IMG/VR virus record: IMGVR_UViG_3300002138_000073
Span: 5,295-69,294 of that record
DNA length: 64,000 nucleotides
Origin: a virus
Reading direction: 5' to 3' (one strand)
Shown here in pieces: positions 1 through 8,162 of this stretch (within the stretch, counting starts at the first letter, position 1; each line of letters starts with the position of its first letter). The notes below the pieces were generated by a model. The model worked only from the letters and a program-made list of their open reading frames with translations. It ran no database searches and was not told the DNA's origin. Position numbers and translations under genes: made by a program.

Positions 1-87
1 AGTGACAATGATGAGCTTTTTGATACTAGTCTAAAAGACCTAAAAGAATCAGGAGCGATTAATATCGTTACTTCAGAAGATGTCTAA
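1..87 (+). CDS. 3' end of a CDS truncated by the window edge
   Basis: Frame 1 is open from base 1 to TAA at 85-87 (SDNDELFDTSLKDLKESGAINIVTSEDV*). Confidence 0.55.
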   Translation, partial: SDNDELFDTSLKDLKESGAINIVTSEDV

Positions 88-97
88 GCGTATTTAT
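88..97 (+). promoter_or_regulatory. Candidate phage promoter motif GCGTATWWAT
   Basis: GCGTATTTAT, intergenic; same motif at 12240-12249 (+) and 58091-58100 (-). Confidence 0.45.
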
Positions 98-160
98 TAT
101 TAGGAAAACAGGACTTCTCTTTTACTGGATATTTTGGACGGGTGTTGCTGGAGATCTATT

Positions 161-790
161 ATGGCACTTTTGCCAAGCGGTTATGTCGTAGGTACTCGTG
201 GCGTTTATTCCACGCCTACTGAAGAAATTGGTGCTGTAGCGATGGGCATTACTGATGCCACAACTGTTACTGCTGGTAATCCTTATACTCAGACACTTCC
301 TCTCAGAACTGGAATAACTTCTGGTGTTATGTCTACACGTAGAAGCCGTGTTATTGCCGCTTCTGGCCTGAACCATGCTTATAGTGCTGGTAAAGCACTT
401 GCTGCTGGTACTTTTGCGTACGATCCTAACGCATTTTTGATTCAAGGGTATAGCACGACCATTAATGGTATTGCTAATAACTCACTTCTATTCACTGGCG
501 GGGATCAGTATCGTCAGCGACGTTCTCTTCGACAGAAGTCTTGGGGCTACAAGTATTCTACTGCCATCCGGGCCGGATACTTCAGCTTCACTAAGATCTC
601 TGGTAAGAGAACTAACTGGACGACTGACCCATCCGCCCTTAATGATACGTTCCGGTCTACTACGGACAATGCAGTAGCATCTGACGATCAAGCTATCTAT
701 GTAACATACAGGTCTATTCCCGGAGAATTGGTCTACATGCAGGGGTCTCTTACTCCCCTTGTGGCTGACTACCCTGCTGTTACTGGTTAA
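161..790 (+). CDS. Putative virion structural protein
   Basis: ATG 161 preceded by GGAG; T/S/G/A-rich; followed by a hairpin. Confidence 0.6.
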   Translation: MALLPSGYVVGTRGVYSTPTEEIGAVAMGITDATTVTAGNPYTQTLPLRTGITSGVMSTRRSRVIAASGLNHAYSAGKALAAGTFAYDPNAFLIQGYSTTINGIANNSLLFTGGDQYRQRRSLRQKSWGYKYSTAIRAGYFSFTKISGKRTNWTTDPSALNDTFRSTTDNAVASDDQAIYVTYRSIPGELVYMQGSLTPLVADYPAVTG

Positions 791-797
791 CCTGACC

Positions 798-830
798 GAC
801 TAGGGGGCGAAAGCCCCCTGTCTTAACTCT
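798..830 (+). terminator. Hairpin terminator
   Basis: GGGGGC-GAAA-GCCCCC stem-loop with a weak T-rich tail. Confidence 0.6.
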
Positions 831-848
831 TCTATAAAGGCTTAAGCC

Positions 849-1106
849 ATGAACTTCTTGTCTAAACTAAAAAACGTAATGTTCGGCAAGTCAGAACCGT
901 CTAAATCAGAGACTGGCGTTATAGACGTAGTAGATATCACCAAGGTAACCCGCACTGGTATCCTAATGGGCCTTGCTACAACTGTCGCATACCTGCTCTC
1001 GAATGTCAAACCAGAAATGTTTGGCGATCATGCGGGAATTGCCGCTGTAGTACTTACAGTAGTTGGGGAACTTTCTTTGAGGTTTTTGAAATCAAACGGG
1101 AAATAA
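849..1106 (+). CDS. Two-TM small membrane protein, holin-like
   Basis: Two hydrophobic helices (GILMGLATTVAYLL; AGIAAVVLTVVGEL), basic C-terminus. Confidence 0.55.
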   Translation: MNFLSKLKNVMFGKSEPSKSETGVIDVVDITKVTRTGILMGLATTVAYLLSNVKPEMFGDHAGIAAVVLTVVGELSLRFLKSNGK

Positions 1107-1107
1107 C

Positions 1108-1401
1108 ATGGATACAATTTATGATTTTTTGGTGGCCAACAAGCTACCTGTCGGTGGTGGACTTATTGCTATTGTTATGCTGTGGGACAAGATCAAGGTA
1201 GCCTTCGGCTCCCTCAAAGGAAAGATCAAACTTCCAGTCTTGTCAAAAGCTGAGCCAGACCAAGAATTGGCAGATCAAAGTGCTATTAAGCATCTTCGAG
1301 ATAGAGCTGCTTCTTTTGGTGATAAGGAGCTTACACTACTAATCAAAGAAATTGATACAAGATTCTATGACATTCATTCAGGAGTAAAAAATGAGAAGTA
1401 A
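1108..1401 (+). CDS. Membrane-anchored protein
   Basis: N-terminal TM (LPVGGGLIAIVMLW), helical C-terminus. Confidence 0.6.
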   Translation: MDTIYDFLVANKLPVGGGLIAIVMLWDKIKVAFGSLKGKIKLPVLSKAEPDQELADQSAIKHLRDRAASFGDKELTLLIKEIDTRFYDIHSGVKNEK

Positions 1402-1771
1402 GCTCTTCGCACTCCTTGCACTGATTGTGATGTCATATTCTGCTTTGGCTGTGGACAAAGATGCAGTAGCTAAAGCTGTCAAAGACGACAACATTTCAGC
1501 ACAAGACTGCCGCAAGTGGTACACAGTCTATAAAGGCGCGTACATCTACGTCAAAGAGCTAGATGCTGCAGGCTCAAAAGACTTTGGCGATGTCTTTGAT
1601 AAGATTATCTTTGTAAGAGATAAGACTCTTCCAACTAAGGGCAACGCCAACTTTGTCAAAGCAACAGACCTGTCTGCTTATACTGACGCCGACTTCACGG
1701 CAGAGAAAAGAACAGATCTAGCTGAAGACCTATACAAAATCTGTGAAGGCCTTAAGGCAGGAATGAAATAA
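1391..1771 (+). CDS. Exported protein with Sec signal peptide
   Basis: MRSKLFALLALIVMSYSALA ends in AxA; translationally coupled to neighbours. Confidence 0.65.
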   Translation: MRSKLFALLALIVMSYSALAVDKDAVAKAVKDDNISAQDCRKWYTVYKGAYIYVKELDAAGSKDFGDVFDKIIFVRDKTLPTKGNANFVKATDLSAYTDADFTAEKRTDLAEDLYKICEGLKAGMK

Positions 1772-2664
1772 TGGAAACTTATAACATTTCTGGCTGGGTT
1801 GACTTGCCAGAAGAAGTAGACGCTGTTGAATCTGAATTCGGTGTATTCGGATCAGTAGCGTCTTTTCTTACAGAGACCGGCAAAGGTAAAATAGTTTGTC
1901 TCCATGACAACTATACTAAAGCTGGTTCTAGTTTCTACTATGTGAATCAGGGAAATATAGGTAGCTGTGTAAGTGCTTCCGCGTCCCTCATCACTAATAC
2001 CTTGATGGTGACAGAGATAGCAAATGGGGAGAGAGAGATCCTCAAAGGATGGATTGCTATCGAACCATTGTACTATGGGGCCAGAGTTGTCATAGGTGGC
2101 AATAGGATCAGAGGCGATGGTGCTATTGTAGCTCACCAGATTCAATACATGAATGAATATGGGACTCTACTAAAGCAGAAGTATGGAGCTATTGATCTAA
2201 CGGAGTACTCTGTAGATAGATGTCGCAAATGGGGAACTGGATCTGGCTTCCCAAAGACACTAGAGGATATCTCTAAAGACCATACTGTTTCAGTCTTCTC
2301 AAGAGTTAAATCTTATGAGGAAGTAAGAGACAGTATTGCTAATGGGTATCCTGTAGAAGTTGGATCATCTTATGGTTTTGCTAGTGAGACCGATGAAGAA
2401 GGTTTCTGTAGGCAAAATACAACTTGGCAGCATGCTCTATCTATTATTGCAGTCGATGACGACAGTAAAAGAAAAGGGTGTATGATCTCCAATACTTGGC
2501 CACTTAGCTGGCTTAAGATTCGTAAGCGTAAGCTCAATCAGCCAGATGGATGTTTCTGGGTTGATGCTGAAACAATCGATCGTATGGCGAAAAATGGAGA
2601 TGCGTGGTCTATAGGCGGATTTAACGGCTATAAGAAGCCAGTCAATACAAACGTTAGCTGGTAG
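1771..2664 (+). CDS. Papain-like (C1 family) cysteine peptidase
   Basis: QGNIGSCV (oxyanion Q, catalytic C), WQHAL (H), ISNTW (N), GCFWV. Confidence 0.85.
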   Translation: METYNISGWVDLPEEVDAVESEFGVFGSVASFLTETGKGKIVCLHDNYTKAGSSFYYVNQGNIGSCVSASASLITNTLMVTEIANGEREILKGWIAIEPLYYGARVVIGGNRIRGDGAIVAHQIQYMNEYGTLLKQKYGAIDLTEYSVDRCRKWGTGSGFPKTLEDISKDHTVSVFSRVKSYEEVRDSIANGYPVEVGSSYGFASETDEEGFCRQNTTWQHALSIIAVDDDSKRKGCMISNTWPLSWLKIRKRKLNQPDGCFWVDAETIDRMAKNGDAWSIGGFNGYKKPVNTNVSW

Positions 2665-2672
2665 GATACCAA

Positions 2673-3287
2673 ATGAAAAAGATATTGATAGTTATAATCG
2701 TAATACTTATGCTCCTGCCAAATTCATCAAGTCCGTCAATAGTCTCTGTAGATGTGTCAGCAGAAGACTTTGAAGCATATGGAATCGCTGGTGCTCTGGC
2801 AATGCTACCAAATGAAGATGGTGTCCCAGATGTGCCAACTCCAGTAAATGACAAGTGTACATGTGTAAATGGCAAAGTGTCATATGATGGTGGGACCTCC
2901 TTGACGGATTGTAAGTGTAAAAACTCTGACTCGAATTGTGGATGCAAGAAGTCGGTAAAAGAAGAAGTGCCAGACTTGTTCCCCCGCACTGTACTGGTGA
3001 CCCAACCATCCATTTGTCCCCCATGTGTGACGGTAGATAGGAACATTGTAGCTAGACTAAGAAATGAAGAACATAAGAAAGCTGGCTGGGATGTAGGTAC
3101 AGAAGCATTCAATGACTTTCAGGTTCTAGACCTTGATGATGAGTCTGCATCTGCCGAAGTTAAGAGGCTTAACCTGAGTTACACCGCTATTCCTACTTTC
3201 TTCTATATGGATAAGGATGGAGTGACGAAGATTCACACCGGACTTATGTCATATGATGGCTATATCAAATGGTCTAAAAAAAACTGA
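2673..3287 (+). CDS. Exported thioredoxin-fold protein with Cys-rich insert; possible -1 frameshift extension to 3484
   Basis: N-terminal hydrophobic signal, CTC/CKC/CGC cluster, CPPC active site, IPTF cis-Pro motif. Confidence 0.75.
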   Translation: MKKILIVIIVILMLLPNSSSPSIVSVDVSAEDFEAYGIAGALAMLPNEDGVPDVPTPVNDKCTCVNGKVSYDGGTSLTDCKCKNSDSNCGCKKSVKEEVPDLFPRTVLVTQPSICPPCVTVDRNIVARLRNEEHKKAGWDVGTEAFNDFQVLDLDDESASAEVKRLNLSYTAIPTFFYMDKDGVTKIHTGLMSYDGYIKWSKKN

Positions 3288-3461
3288 GTACTACGTACTC
3301 TCGTGTGAGTCATCGTCTATGGAAGCTAAATGGGTCATTCTCTCCTGACATGAATCAATTAATTCAGCATCTCCAATCAGAGCATAGAATATCTAATCTA
3401 GACGATTTATCATACGAAGACCTATTAGCAATTCACGATGATGATCACAACGGAGTATACA

Positions 3462-3755
3462 ATGAAGCTAATAGATCTTTTTGAGGAACTCGTCAAGAAT
3501 AAAACTGTTGAAGTATCAGATGGGGTAAATATCAGATGCGGAGACGAAATCAACTTGGTGGTATCATCGCATAATGATGAAGTCGTAATCAGGTTTGGAT
3601 CTCCCGCTGTTCAGGTTTTCATTTCGAAGATGGGGCCGCTGCGGCTCTTGAATGCTGTTCGGCCCACTATCGAATCAATCACTATAACTGACAAATCTTT
3701 CAAGATCAGTGTAGATAATGCTCCAGATATGGAGGTGAAGCGTGAACTGGTATGA
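3462..3755 (+). CDS. Hypothetical protein
   Basis: ATG 3462 after GGAG. Confidence 0.65.
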   Translation: MKLIDLFEELVKNKTVEVSDGVNIRCGDEINLVVSSHNDEVVIRFGSPAVQVFISKMGPLRLLNAVRPTIESITITDKSFKISVDNAPDMEVKRELV

Positions 3756-4020
3756 CGAATACTGCAAAGAATTTGGCTACTCTGCAAAAGCCGGTCGCAG
3801 GGGTGAGAGAGATGCAGAAAGACTCAAGAGGAGAGTAGAGAAAGCCGCCACTCTGGAAAAAGAGGATCTCTCTTCTTTTACTGATCGGACTTCGGCAGAA
3901 GCCCATCTGGAGGATAAAGCCGTAGGCATGTACGGGTCGTTTGGATTCATGCTGTTTCAGGTGATCATTTCGTGGGTGATCAGGAAAATTTTAGATTCAT
4001 ATTTTGGGGCAAATAAATGA
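3742..4020 (+). CDS. Hypothetical protein with C-terminal amphipathic/TM helix
   Basis: GTG start after GGAGG; FGFMLFQVIISWVI. Confidence 0.65.
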   Translation: MNWYDEYCKEFGYSAKAGRRGERDAERLKRRVEKAATLEKEDLSSFTDRTSAEAHLEDKAVGMYGSFGFMLFQVIISWVIRKILDSYFGANK

Positions 4021-4526
4021 CAATCAAAGTTGTAGCTAGTTCTCAGGTCAAGACCACATACAATTTTACAGAGACATCTTCTACTTCGGTAAGATCGAAT
4101 CTGGAAACTGTAAACTCTGCTCCTGCTTACACCTATGGAAGTGGAAACTTTGAGATTAATGCTGGAGTAAAAAATACTGGGGTATTACCATCTGGTGGTG
4201 CTACTATAATAGACCTTGCATCTATGTCTAGTACGTCCTTTGGGATCACATCCACTGTCGCATTTACAGGCGTGAAGAATGTGACAGTGTATAACACTTC
4301 TACGGTACAAAACAGAGACATCAATATCAGAGCCACAGGCTCTAATGCTTTCACGAACCTATTCAATGGTGAGTCTGGCAATCTACTGATTAAACCATAC
4401 TCAAGCTTCAGCTACAGCGACCCATACAGCTTGGCAGTAACTGGTTCACAAAAGAATATCAGCTTGTTCGACGTGAGTGGGTCTGGTGCCACTTACGAGA
4501 TTTGTGTGTTGGGAAATATTGTTTAA
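4017..4526 (+). CDS. Putative virion structural protein
   Basis: S/T/G/N-rich beta-type composition; ATGA overlap with upstream gene. Confidence 0.55.
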   Translation: MTIKVVASSQVKTTYNFTETSSTSVRSNLETVNSAPAYTYGSGNFEINAGVKNTGVLPSGGATIIDLASMSSTSFGITSTVAFTGVKNVTVYNTSTVQNRDINIRATGSNAFTNLFNGESGNLLIKPYSSFSYSDPYSLAVTGSQKNISLFDVSGSGATYEICVLGNIV

Positions 4527-4539
4527 TATAAGGCATAAA

Positions 4540-5394
4540 ATGAACGAACCACCCATTGATGGCGAAGAAGAAGTAGATTACATGCGAAGATGCATGAAGT
4601 CTTTTGGTGATCAAGACATAGACAATGAAGAAAAAGCCTCAATATGTCTAGCTTCTTTTAGGGGCGACTCTAAAGGCAGCAAGGACATACTCTCAAGAAT
4701 AGATTTTCATCTCTGTTGTTCAAAATATCTAACAGATATTGAGACTGGCTACGAAGAAGAGCTTACCGAGGCCAACTTTTATATTCCAGAAGTTTCTGAA
4801 TATGAGGACTTTGGCGAAGAAACAGAAGAGGTGTCTGCGTCTAGCTTGTGGGAGAATATAAGAAACAAGAAGAAAAAGCTTGGCAAAAATTATAAACCAG
4901 CAAAGCCCGGAGACAAGGATCGTCCTGATCCAAAGTCTTGGAAAAAGGCTCAGTCTGGAGAAGGCGAAATGGCCAAGGACCAGATAAAAAAGATGCACAC
5001 TCAGTTGGTGTCTATTGTTAGCAAGATGGAAACAATGGACATTGAACTTGAAGAGTGGACCACTGACATGGTGTCAAAGGCAGAGATTTACATTCAAAAC
5101 ATCTTTGACTTTGTTGAATCTTATAGTGGAGAGTCTGATACATCGTACTCTTCTGAGTATCAAGGAAGAACTGTAACCCTCAACAAACCATTCAGAACTC
5201 CCAAAGGTCCCAAGAAGTTTTCTGTTTATACGAAAAACGAAAAGGGCAATGTAGTGAAGGTGAATTTCGGCGATCCGAACAGTACCATTAAGAAAAATAT
5301 CCCAGAACGTCGGAAAAGTTTTAGAGCTAGACACAACTGCGACAATCCGGGGCCGAAATGGAAAAGTCGATACTGGAGCTGCAAGAACTGGTGA
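4540..5394 (+). CDS. Modular phage protein with C-terminal DUF6321-like domain
   Basis: C-terminal YQGRTVTLNKPFRTP...VKVNFGDP...RKSFRARHNC...RYWSCKNW module, recalled from large phages. Confidence 0.7.
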   Translation: MNEPPIDGEEEVDYMRRCMKSFGDQDIDNEEKASICLASFRGDSKGSKDILSRIDFHLCCSKYLTDIETGYEEELTEANFYIPEVSEYEDFGEETEEVSASSLWENIRNKKKKLGKNYKPAKPGDKDRPDPKSWKKAQSGEGEMAKDQIKKMHTQLVSIVSKMETMDIELEEWTTDMVSKAEIYIQNIFDFVESYSGESDTSYSSEYQGRTVTLNKPFRTPKGPKKFSVYTKNEKGNVVKVNFGDPNSTIKKNIPERRKSFRARHNCDNPGPKWKSRYWSCKNW

Positions 5395-5419
5395 CATTGC
5401 CCGAATCCGCAAGTTGCTC

Positions 5420-5448
5420 TTGACATCCTGACCTCCGAGGGCTATAAT
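5420..5448 (+). promoter_or_regulatory. Consensus sigma70 promoter
   Basis: TTGACA (5420-5425), 17-bp spacer, TATAAT (5443-5448). Confidence 0.85.
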
Positions 5449-5468
5449 CCTCGGAGGTTATTTTGTTT
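5429..5468 (+). terminator. Intrinsic terminator overlapping the promoter
   Basis: ACCTCCGAGG/CCTCGGAGGT 10-bp perfect stem followed by TATTTTGTTT. Confidence 0.75.
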
Positions 5469-5488
5469 AACGTCTAGATGGTGTACGC

Positions 5489-6016
5489 ATGATGATTCTC
5501 CAGCTCAACCCGCCAATCCATGTGATGACCCCATTGGGCGAGGCATTTGCCAAGCTCGTGATCGACTATGGGCCTGATGTAAACCCAATCTTTGTGTGTG
5601 ACATTTTCAAAGACAGGGCCTGCGTTAGCATCGATAGTGCCGAGATACGTTTCGGGGGCAACCCGATGTATGATTTGCAAGACCCAGAACCATTCAAGAG
5701 TTGGGCTGATTATCATGGAGAGAGAGATATGAAGAATCGCTGTGTTGAGACGATGACCAAGACCACATTCTACGGATACAACGTCCGGGTCTGGTCCAAC
5801 TGTGAACAGCCAGACAGGGCTCTGGCAAACTTCATGGGACCAGACAAGAGGGTGGTTGAGGTCATCACTGAGGTGCTGGGGTTCGTGCTGCAAGTAGGTC
5901 TGACCGAGTCGCTTGAGTACCTGCGGGACGAGCTTGAGAAGCTGGACCACGTTGCTGCGTATGAGATCGTTGATTCAGAAGGCCAAGGGGTTGTAGTTTA
6001 TCCGGATTGGAAGTAA
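5489..6016 (+). CDS. Hypothetical protein, probably a two-domain fusion
   Basis: ORF directly downstream of the promoter; internal in-frame ATG 5729 with GGAG upstream. Confidence 0.65.
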   Translation: MMILQLNPPIHVMTPLGEAFAKLVIDYGPDVNPIFVCDIFKDRACVSIDSAEIRFGGNPMYDLQDPEPFKSWADYHGERDMKNRCVETMTKTTFYGYNVRVWSNCEQPDRALANFMGPDKRVVEVITEVLGFVLQVGLTESLEYLRDELEKLDHVAAYEIVDSEGQGVVVYPDWK

Positions 6017-6018
6017 CT

Positions 6019-6384
6019 ATGACTTATGAATATTTAGCTACTGTAATCTCGGTCTATGATGGTGATACGATCACAGTCTCAGTCGATCTCGGGTTCCATA
6101 TCTCACAGACGATGTCGGTAAGACTCGCTAGAATCAACTCTCCTGAAGTCCGAGGGGTTTCTTCCACAGAGGGGCTAGAGGCAAGAGACTTTCTTAGGTC
6201 TATCCTGCCAGTCGGCACGAGGGTGACTCTTGTCACCCACAAAGATGGTCGAGAGAAGTATGGGCGATATTTGGCGGACGTTTACTTGAACGAACTGGAG
6301 TGTTGGTCCGAGCCAAACCTCTTCAAATGCGTTAACGATATGATGGTGGCTAAAGGGTTCGCTCAATTGAAGGAATACAAATGA
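6019..6384 (+). CDS. Thermonuclease (SNase-like)
   Basis: VYDGDTI, VDLGF, RLARINSPE, EKYGRYLA. Confidence 0.9.
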   Translation: MTYEYLATVISVYDGDTITVSVDLGFHISQTMSVRLARINSPEVRGVSSTEGLEARDFLRSILPVGTRVTLVTHKDGREKYGRYLADVYLNELECWSEPNLFKCVNDMMVAKGFAQLKEYK

Positions 6385-7070
6385 CAAATCACGTTGATGG
6401 TATTGTGTCTTTTATGCAGAAGGCTGGTCAGGCAACCCCAGAGAAGCTGACTGTTCCTTCAGAACAGGATCGAATGCTTCGAGCCAAGCTCATTATCGAA
6501 GAAGCCTTTGAACTGATCAATAAGGGTCTAGGAATTGAGGTCAGTAATTTTGGCCACTTTTTGAACCCGAATGATTTCAAATACATTATTACTGGAGAGG
6601 CCGATCCTGTTGAGTCTCTCGATGGGGCTGCTGACCTGTATTGGGTTGGTGTGGGCGGGGTTTCAGTCATCTTCGGGGCTCATCTGGACTCAGTCCTCGA
6701 CGAGGTAGATCGAAGCAACCAGTCCAAGTTTATCGATGGGCATAGACGCGAAGACGGAAAATGGATTAAAGGTCCGTCGTACAGTCAAGCCGACATTAAA
6801 TCTGTTCTTCGCGACCGTGTCCGCCCTGTCAGCCCATTGGGCGAAGGCTACTATGCCATGCCGCACGAATGTGGTGATAACGCTTGGTATATTGTTGATA
6901 AGGATTTCTGGCATAATCACCGCTATATTCCAGACTGGGAGATTTGCTTGAGGGTTCCGGGATTTGACGAAGGCTCAGAATCTTGCTATCACCCAGTCGA
7001 TGATCGGGTTGGTAGTAACGAAGCTGAAAATATGCTGAAAGCCCTTGGTTTTACTATTTTGGACGAATAA
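6381..7070 (+). CDS. MazG/PRA-PH-like NTP pyrophosphohydrolase with C-terminal extension
   Basis: LRAKLIIEEAFEL, DGAADL, EVDRSNQSK, REDGKWIKGP. Confidence 0.8.
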   Translation: MTNHVDGIVSFMQKAGQATPEKLTVPSEQDRMLRAKLIIEEAFELINKGLGIEVSNFGHFLNPNDFKYIITGEADPVESLDGAADLYWVGVGGVSVIFGAHLDSVLDEVDRSNQSKFIDGHRREDGKWIKGPSYSQADIKSVLRDRVRPVSPLGEGYYAMPHECGDNAWYIVDKDFWHNHRYIPDWEICLRVPGFDEGSESCYHPVDDRVGSNEAENMLKALGFTILDE

Positions 7071-7071
7071 G

Positions 7072-7809
7072 ATGCTTCGCGTTGTGGGCGATGTTCACGG
7101 AAAGTTCAGTCAGTACCTGAAGATAGCAAAAAAGGCAGAGCACAGCCTTTGTCTGGGCGACTTTGGCTTCGCCGATAGCTGGAATAAGCTGCACTATTCG
7201 GGACTCAATCCTGAGTCCCATAAGGTGCTTGCTGGGAACCATGACCCGTATGATATGGCTCCTCAGAGCCTATTCTACCTTGGCGACTTCGGAGAAGCCA
7301 CCATCGGCGGTGTAACCGCCTTCTTTATTAGGGGAGGCATCTCCATCGACCGCACCTACCGAGAGGCTGAGCGGATCAATAGGGGGCCTAGAACATGGTG
7401 GTCTCAGGAGGAACTCAACTTCGCCCAAATGATCGAGTGCATGAAGGCCTACCGGAAGGCGAAGCCCTCCATCGTGGTATCGCATGTGCCTGCGGCTAGT
7501 TTCGCTTCAATCATGTCCCCAGACGATAAGATTCTGACAGACTTCGGCTTTCATAAGGGGTTTAAGGAAGCCACCCAGCTATTGGGGGATGAGCTTTTAA
7601 AGATCCATAGACCGAAGATGTGGCTGTCTGGTCATTTTCACAAGTCCTTTCAGGATGAAATTGGTGGGACTAATTTTATTGGTCTTGCCGAGCTAGAATA
7701 CGTAGATGTGTGCGTCTGCGGTGGGCTGCTTGAAAGAGTCGCTTCAAGTTTCCCATACTCTGAGAGTCATTTTCAGTGCAATTTATGTGATTCAACAGTT
7801 GGAGAATAG
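7072..7809 (+). CDS. Calcineurin-like metallophosphoesterase
   Basis: GDVHG, LGDFG, GNHD, SH, SGHFH; short CxC...CxxC tail. Confidence 0.9.
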   Translation: MLRVVGDVHGKFSQYLKIAKKAEHSLCLGDFGFADSWNKLHYSGLNPESHKVLAGNHDPYDMAPQSLFYLGDFGEATIGGVTAFFIRGGISIDRTYREAERINRGPRTWWSQEELNFAQMIECMKAYRKAKPSIVVSHVPAASFASIMSPDDKILTDFGFHKGFKEATQLLGDELLKIHRPKMWLSGHFHKSFQDEIGGTNFIGLAELEYVDVCVCGGLLERVASSFPYSESHFQCNLCDSTVGE

Positions 7810-7810
7810 T

Positions 7811-8125
7811 ATGCAAAGTGCAAAAAAGCAATACATTGAGAGTGTGGTTCCCACACTGACTCGTGAAGGAAAAACTCTTGACGAGGCAGTAGCTCACGCA
7901 TCAGTGCTTTGGGAGAAAAGTATTGCTCTCGAATCGCAGCAGGCTCTTGAGGTATGTTCTGAGAGTAGCTTAGAATTTACAGCCGAAGTAACGAGCGATG
8001 GGTTCAAGACCGTCGTTCAGGAAGAAGACGTCTTTGAAGATATGACTTTTGCTCAAGCATTTGCAGCTCTAAAGTGCGAGCCCGGCAAGAGATACGAAAT
8101 CGAGATTTCGGTTGAGGAAGTATAG
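7811..8125 (+). CDS. Hypothetical protein
   Basis: ATG 7811 after GGAG; acidic. Confidence 0.6.
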   Translation: MQSAKKQYIESVVPTLTREGKTLDEAVAHASVLWEKSIALESQQALEVCSESSLEFTAEVTSDGFKTVVQEEDVFEDMTFAQAFAALKCEPGKRYEIEISVEEV

Positions 8126-8149
8126 GGCTTTGCCCATATCCTTTTTTTT
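8118..8149 (+). terminator. Possible intrinsic terminator
   Basis: GGGC-TTT-GCCC stem followed by a T8 run. Confidence 0.45.
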
Positions 8150-8162
8150 AAGGCGAAGCCAA

